From Heteronotia binoei (lineage: Eukaryota), in contig NC_083227.1 of assembly GCF_032191835.1 (NCBI RefSeq), positions 33,108,001 to 33,172,000 on the forward strand: a DNA stretch of 64,000 bases, written 5' to 3'. The position numbers and the translations under genes were made by a program. Positions 60,631 through 64,000 of the stretch are shown one piece after another. Every line of letters begins with the position of its first letter. Positions within the stretch are counted from its first letter, which is position 1. The notes under the pieces are model-generated. The model saw only the letters and a list, made by a program, of their open reading frames with translations, had not been told where the DNA came from and did not search any database.

Positions 60631-63330
60631 TATTGTCTTCCAAGATGACTGGAGGATGGACATGTTGCAAGTAGTATTCCCTTTCTGAGTTAGCGTGAGC
60701 TACCTCACACATTTTTAGCCTCCAGCTCACAAATTTCTGTCTTAGGTCAGGAAAAATGGCCCCAGAGCACGATAATTTATGCAGTAGCTCACAACTTTAA
60801 TGCCAGTAGCTCACAAAGTAGAATTTTTGCTCACAAGACTCTGCAGCTTAGAGGCAACATTGATTGCAAGCATCCCTCAGCTGCAGGCCTCATGCCAGGG
60901 ATGGAAGTAAAGGGCTCATCCTGTGCAACAGCACCCTACATCATGCAGTGCTGGAGTTCAACTTGAAGGGGGCTTTTAACATAGGGACACATTTATTTCT
61001 TAACCTCCAGCTTAATAGGAAGTTCTGGAGTACTTGAAAGCTATTCAGGGGTGCATGCTGGTAATTAATAAAGTTACAGTTATGTATTGAATCCCTTATG
61101 TTATTGTATGTGTATGGTGTTTGGTGGGGTGGTGCACAGCGGCACACAATTCATGTGGCTCTTTTGGTTGATGAGGCCCTGTGTGAGCTGTACATACAAT
61201 AGAAGAAGAAAATATTAGATTTATATCCCTCCCTCCTCTCCGAATCTCAGAGTGGCTCATAATCTCCTTTATCTTCCTCCCCCACAACAGACATCCTGTA
61301 AGGTGGGTGGGGCTGAGAGGACTCTCACAGCAGCTGCCTTTTCAAGGACAGCTCTGTGAGAGCTATGGCTGATCCAAGGCCATTCCAGCAGCTGCAAGTG
61401 GAGGAGTGGGGAATCAAACCCGGTTCTCCCAGATAAGAGTCCACATGCTTAACCACTACACCAAACCGGCTCCACAGGAAACCACAATGTACAGATAATA
61501 ATAAACCAACAAAACACTGTGTATAAATCATCTCAAATAATTATGCTAAGCCCATCCATATACTTTATCTTTCATCGACTTTTATGCAGTGTAATTCATA
61601 ACATTTCAATCAAACTGATAGTCGATAGATCCACTTTAAAGAGAAATCCAATCTAGGATGCTTGAAATCAAAACCAGGTACTGATTTCTCCTGCTGTTCT
61701 CATGTATTCGGAACCCAAGTAGGTCCATTAGTCTCTGTGGGTGAGCCTAAATCAGCTCCTCGCTTAGAAAGGAGGGGGCTGGGGTAATCAGTGAGCCTTC
61801 AGGGCAAATGCTCTGACCATGGCACTGCATCAATAGTAGTCAGATCTATATCTATCCCCATACCAAAGTTCACATCCAATGTGTGACCTGTTTGATGTGT
61901 GGGACCTGATGTAATTTGGGAAAGTCCTCTTTATAGTACTAGTTAGATCAGGGGTGTCAAACTCTTGTTATTAGGGCCGGATCTGACATAAATGAGACCT
62001 TGTCAGGTCAGGCCATGTTGGGCCGGGCCGTGTGTGTTCCTATTTAAGATTAGGTAGCAGAGATAGAAACTTTATAAAGGACACAAAGTTAAAAAAAAAA
62101 ACAACTTAAAACATGCTGAAAACATTAGCACTTGCTGGTTCTAAAGGTGCTTTCTTTGTATTTTTCTGATGGGATCCAGGGATCTGGGCAAAGGAAACTC
62201 TGTCTCTTTCCTTCCTTCCTCAGGGGACTAGAAGGGTGAGGAGCCTCAGCCAACAGAAGGAAGAGGCTTGGCTCAGTAGGTAAAAAAGATTCTATGACAG
62301 CTAGCCTTCCTGTCTCCCCTTGGAAGAGCAATGATATTGGGGAGGGGGAATTGATGCAGCATTCAGCTTGCAAGCATGTATATGTGGTAGGTGAATAAAA
62401 TGTATTGTACTTGACTGTAGAGGAACAGCCTTGCTAAAATGCCAGTCTTGTCCTCTGAGGTGTCTGAGCATCAGAGGGTGTTTCCCTCCTCTGCTGACAA
62501 AAGAGCCATTCTCCTGGCTTTCCCAGCCTTCTCTCCCACTGGCAATACTTGGTCTCTATAGGAATTGCAGACTGAGAGGACCAAGTTGCCAGTTCCCTGC
62601 TTAGCATTGTCAGTCCTAAGGGAAATCAATCCTGACTGTTCCCTGGAAGGCCAGATGCTGAAGCTCAAATACTTTGTCCACCAAATGAGAAGGGAACACT
62701 CACTGGAGAAGATCCTGATGCTGGGAAAGACAGAAGGCAAAAGAAGGGGGCGGCAAAAGATGAGATGGCTGGACAGCGTTACTGATATAACTAACATGAT
62801 ATGCCACCTGGTGGGAAGGGCGGGATATAAATCTCAAATAAAAAAAATATAAAAATGAGCAGACCAAATGTAATCAAAGGATATTCATTAAAGTGTGCAA
62901 GAATATTTCAAAAGAATATTAGCAATAAGAGCTAAAACAACAACAAAAAAGACCAAACAGTTAAAATACTAGCTGCACATTAGGTCATTAATTCATACTT
63001 ACCAGATGTTACAGTTCTGGGTTGGTCAGGCAGCTCTTGGCCAGGCAAAAGCCTGGTCCATCTTGAGGTTAGCTCATTATACCTCCTTGATAGCTGGGGC
63101 TACCTAATGAACAAAGAAAGACTAAGGCTGATTCTCCACTAGCCTTGTCCCAGTTTTGTGCACCTTTTCCCTGCAGCGCTTCTACCCAATTTTGCATATG
63201 CTGCTTCAAAGCCGCAACTCACCCCGCCTCTCTCTCAAGTTCCCTCTGCAGCTGTAGGATTCTCTGAAAATCGGATTTTGGAGCTGCGGAGAGAACTTGG
63301 GAAAGAGGCAGGGCAAGTTGCAGCTCCATA

Positions 63331-63718
63331 GCAGTGTGTGGCTCAGTGGTAGAGCATCTGCTTGTTAAGCAGAAGGTCCTACCGTAGGTTCAGTCCCCAG
63401 CATCTCCAACTAAAAGGGTCCAGGCAAGTAGGCGTGAAAAACCTCAGCTTGAGACCCTGGAGAGCTGCTGCCAGTTTGAGTAGACAGTAATATAATATAA
63501 TAATAATAATAATTTTTTATTTCTATCCCGCCCTCCCCGCCGGGGCAGGCTCAGGGCGGCTCACAACATAAAACACACATTACATCAGTTATACTTATAA
63601 AATAGTTAAAACAATTACAGAATATTAAAATTAACATAACAGTATGGCGTTAAGATGAGATGGCTGGACAGCGTTACTGCTTTTGATGGATCGAGTATAA
63701 GGCAGCTTCATATGTGTG
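63331..63718 (+). mobile_element. Squam3-like SINE paralog, interrupted by a ~190-bp insertion
   Basis: Same head as 31873; insert 63489-63680 is a minus-strand L2 tail plus a short BovB-like piece. Confidence 0.8.
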
Positions 63719-64000
63719 CAAGATCAGGCAGAAGCTCCTTGGGGGAAAGGTGCATGAGACTGGGACAAGGCTAGTGGGAAATGGCCTAACTTTTTAAAGG
63801 CCTAAGATTTGAGTGGGCTGGGGCTCAAGCCCAATAAAAAGTCAAACCACTGAAGTTATGTTGACCTGTTGCAACACATGGCCAAAAAGGGGCCACTTTG
63901 TGATGGGATGGAGGGGCTATCTGCAATGTAACCCATCCCTGGTGTAGCGTAAATCCCAGCACCAACTGAAGGATGCTTACAGGGCTTAGTCAGGACCTAC

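Larger units (their letters stand above)
1..64000. repeat. Tandem segmental duplication: gene block ~3340-24560 repeated at ~32390-58920; spacer 1-3340 repeated at 59260-63100 and, more diverged, within 24560-31400
   Basis: Colinear near-identical sequence and ORF pairs (e.g. 7669/36389, 13153/40791, 16808/44378, 20240/47799, 1152/60941, 2342/62125). Confidence 0.97.

Overview
Eukaryotic, repeat-rich DNA from a squamate reptile, probably a gecko (inferred from Sauria/Squam-type SINEs, young L2, CR1 and BovB). It is part of a tandem vomeronasal type-2 receptor (V2R, class C GPCR) cluster. Two six-exon V2R genes lie on the minus strand with canonical GT-AG junctions and, as far as I could check by hand, open frames: copy 1 CDS 24073->7669 (2610 nt, 869 aa) and copy 2 CDS 58425->36389 (2601 nt, 866 aa). 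The layout is spacer A (1-~3340) / gene block B / spacer A' (~24560-32345) / gene block B' / spacer A'' (59260-end). A and A'' are far more alike than either is to A', suggesting a ~59.5-kb two-gene higher-order unit. Comparing the paralogs reveals several events: (1) a class II (betaretrovirus-like) provirus with a tRNA-Lys PBS, gag remnant, PPT and 6-bp TSD in intron 1 of copy 2, reduced to a recombinant solo LTR at the same site in copy 1; (2) a hAT MITE with an 8-bp TSD whose paralogous site looks like an excision footprint; (3) copy-specific young L2 insertions, two of which form an inverted pair around exon 1 of copy 1; (4) nonsynonymous change concentrated in ligand-binding exons while the 7TM exon changes almost only silently. 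No prokaryotic systems, CRISPR arrays, rRNA or true tRNA genes were found. I see no evidence for a wholly new biological system. The interest lies in receptor-cluster evolution and ERV/TE history. All counts were made by eye. Two N gaps are present (10542-10718, 51683-51846).
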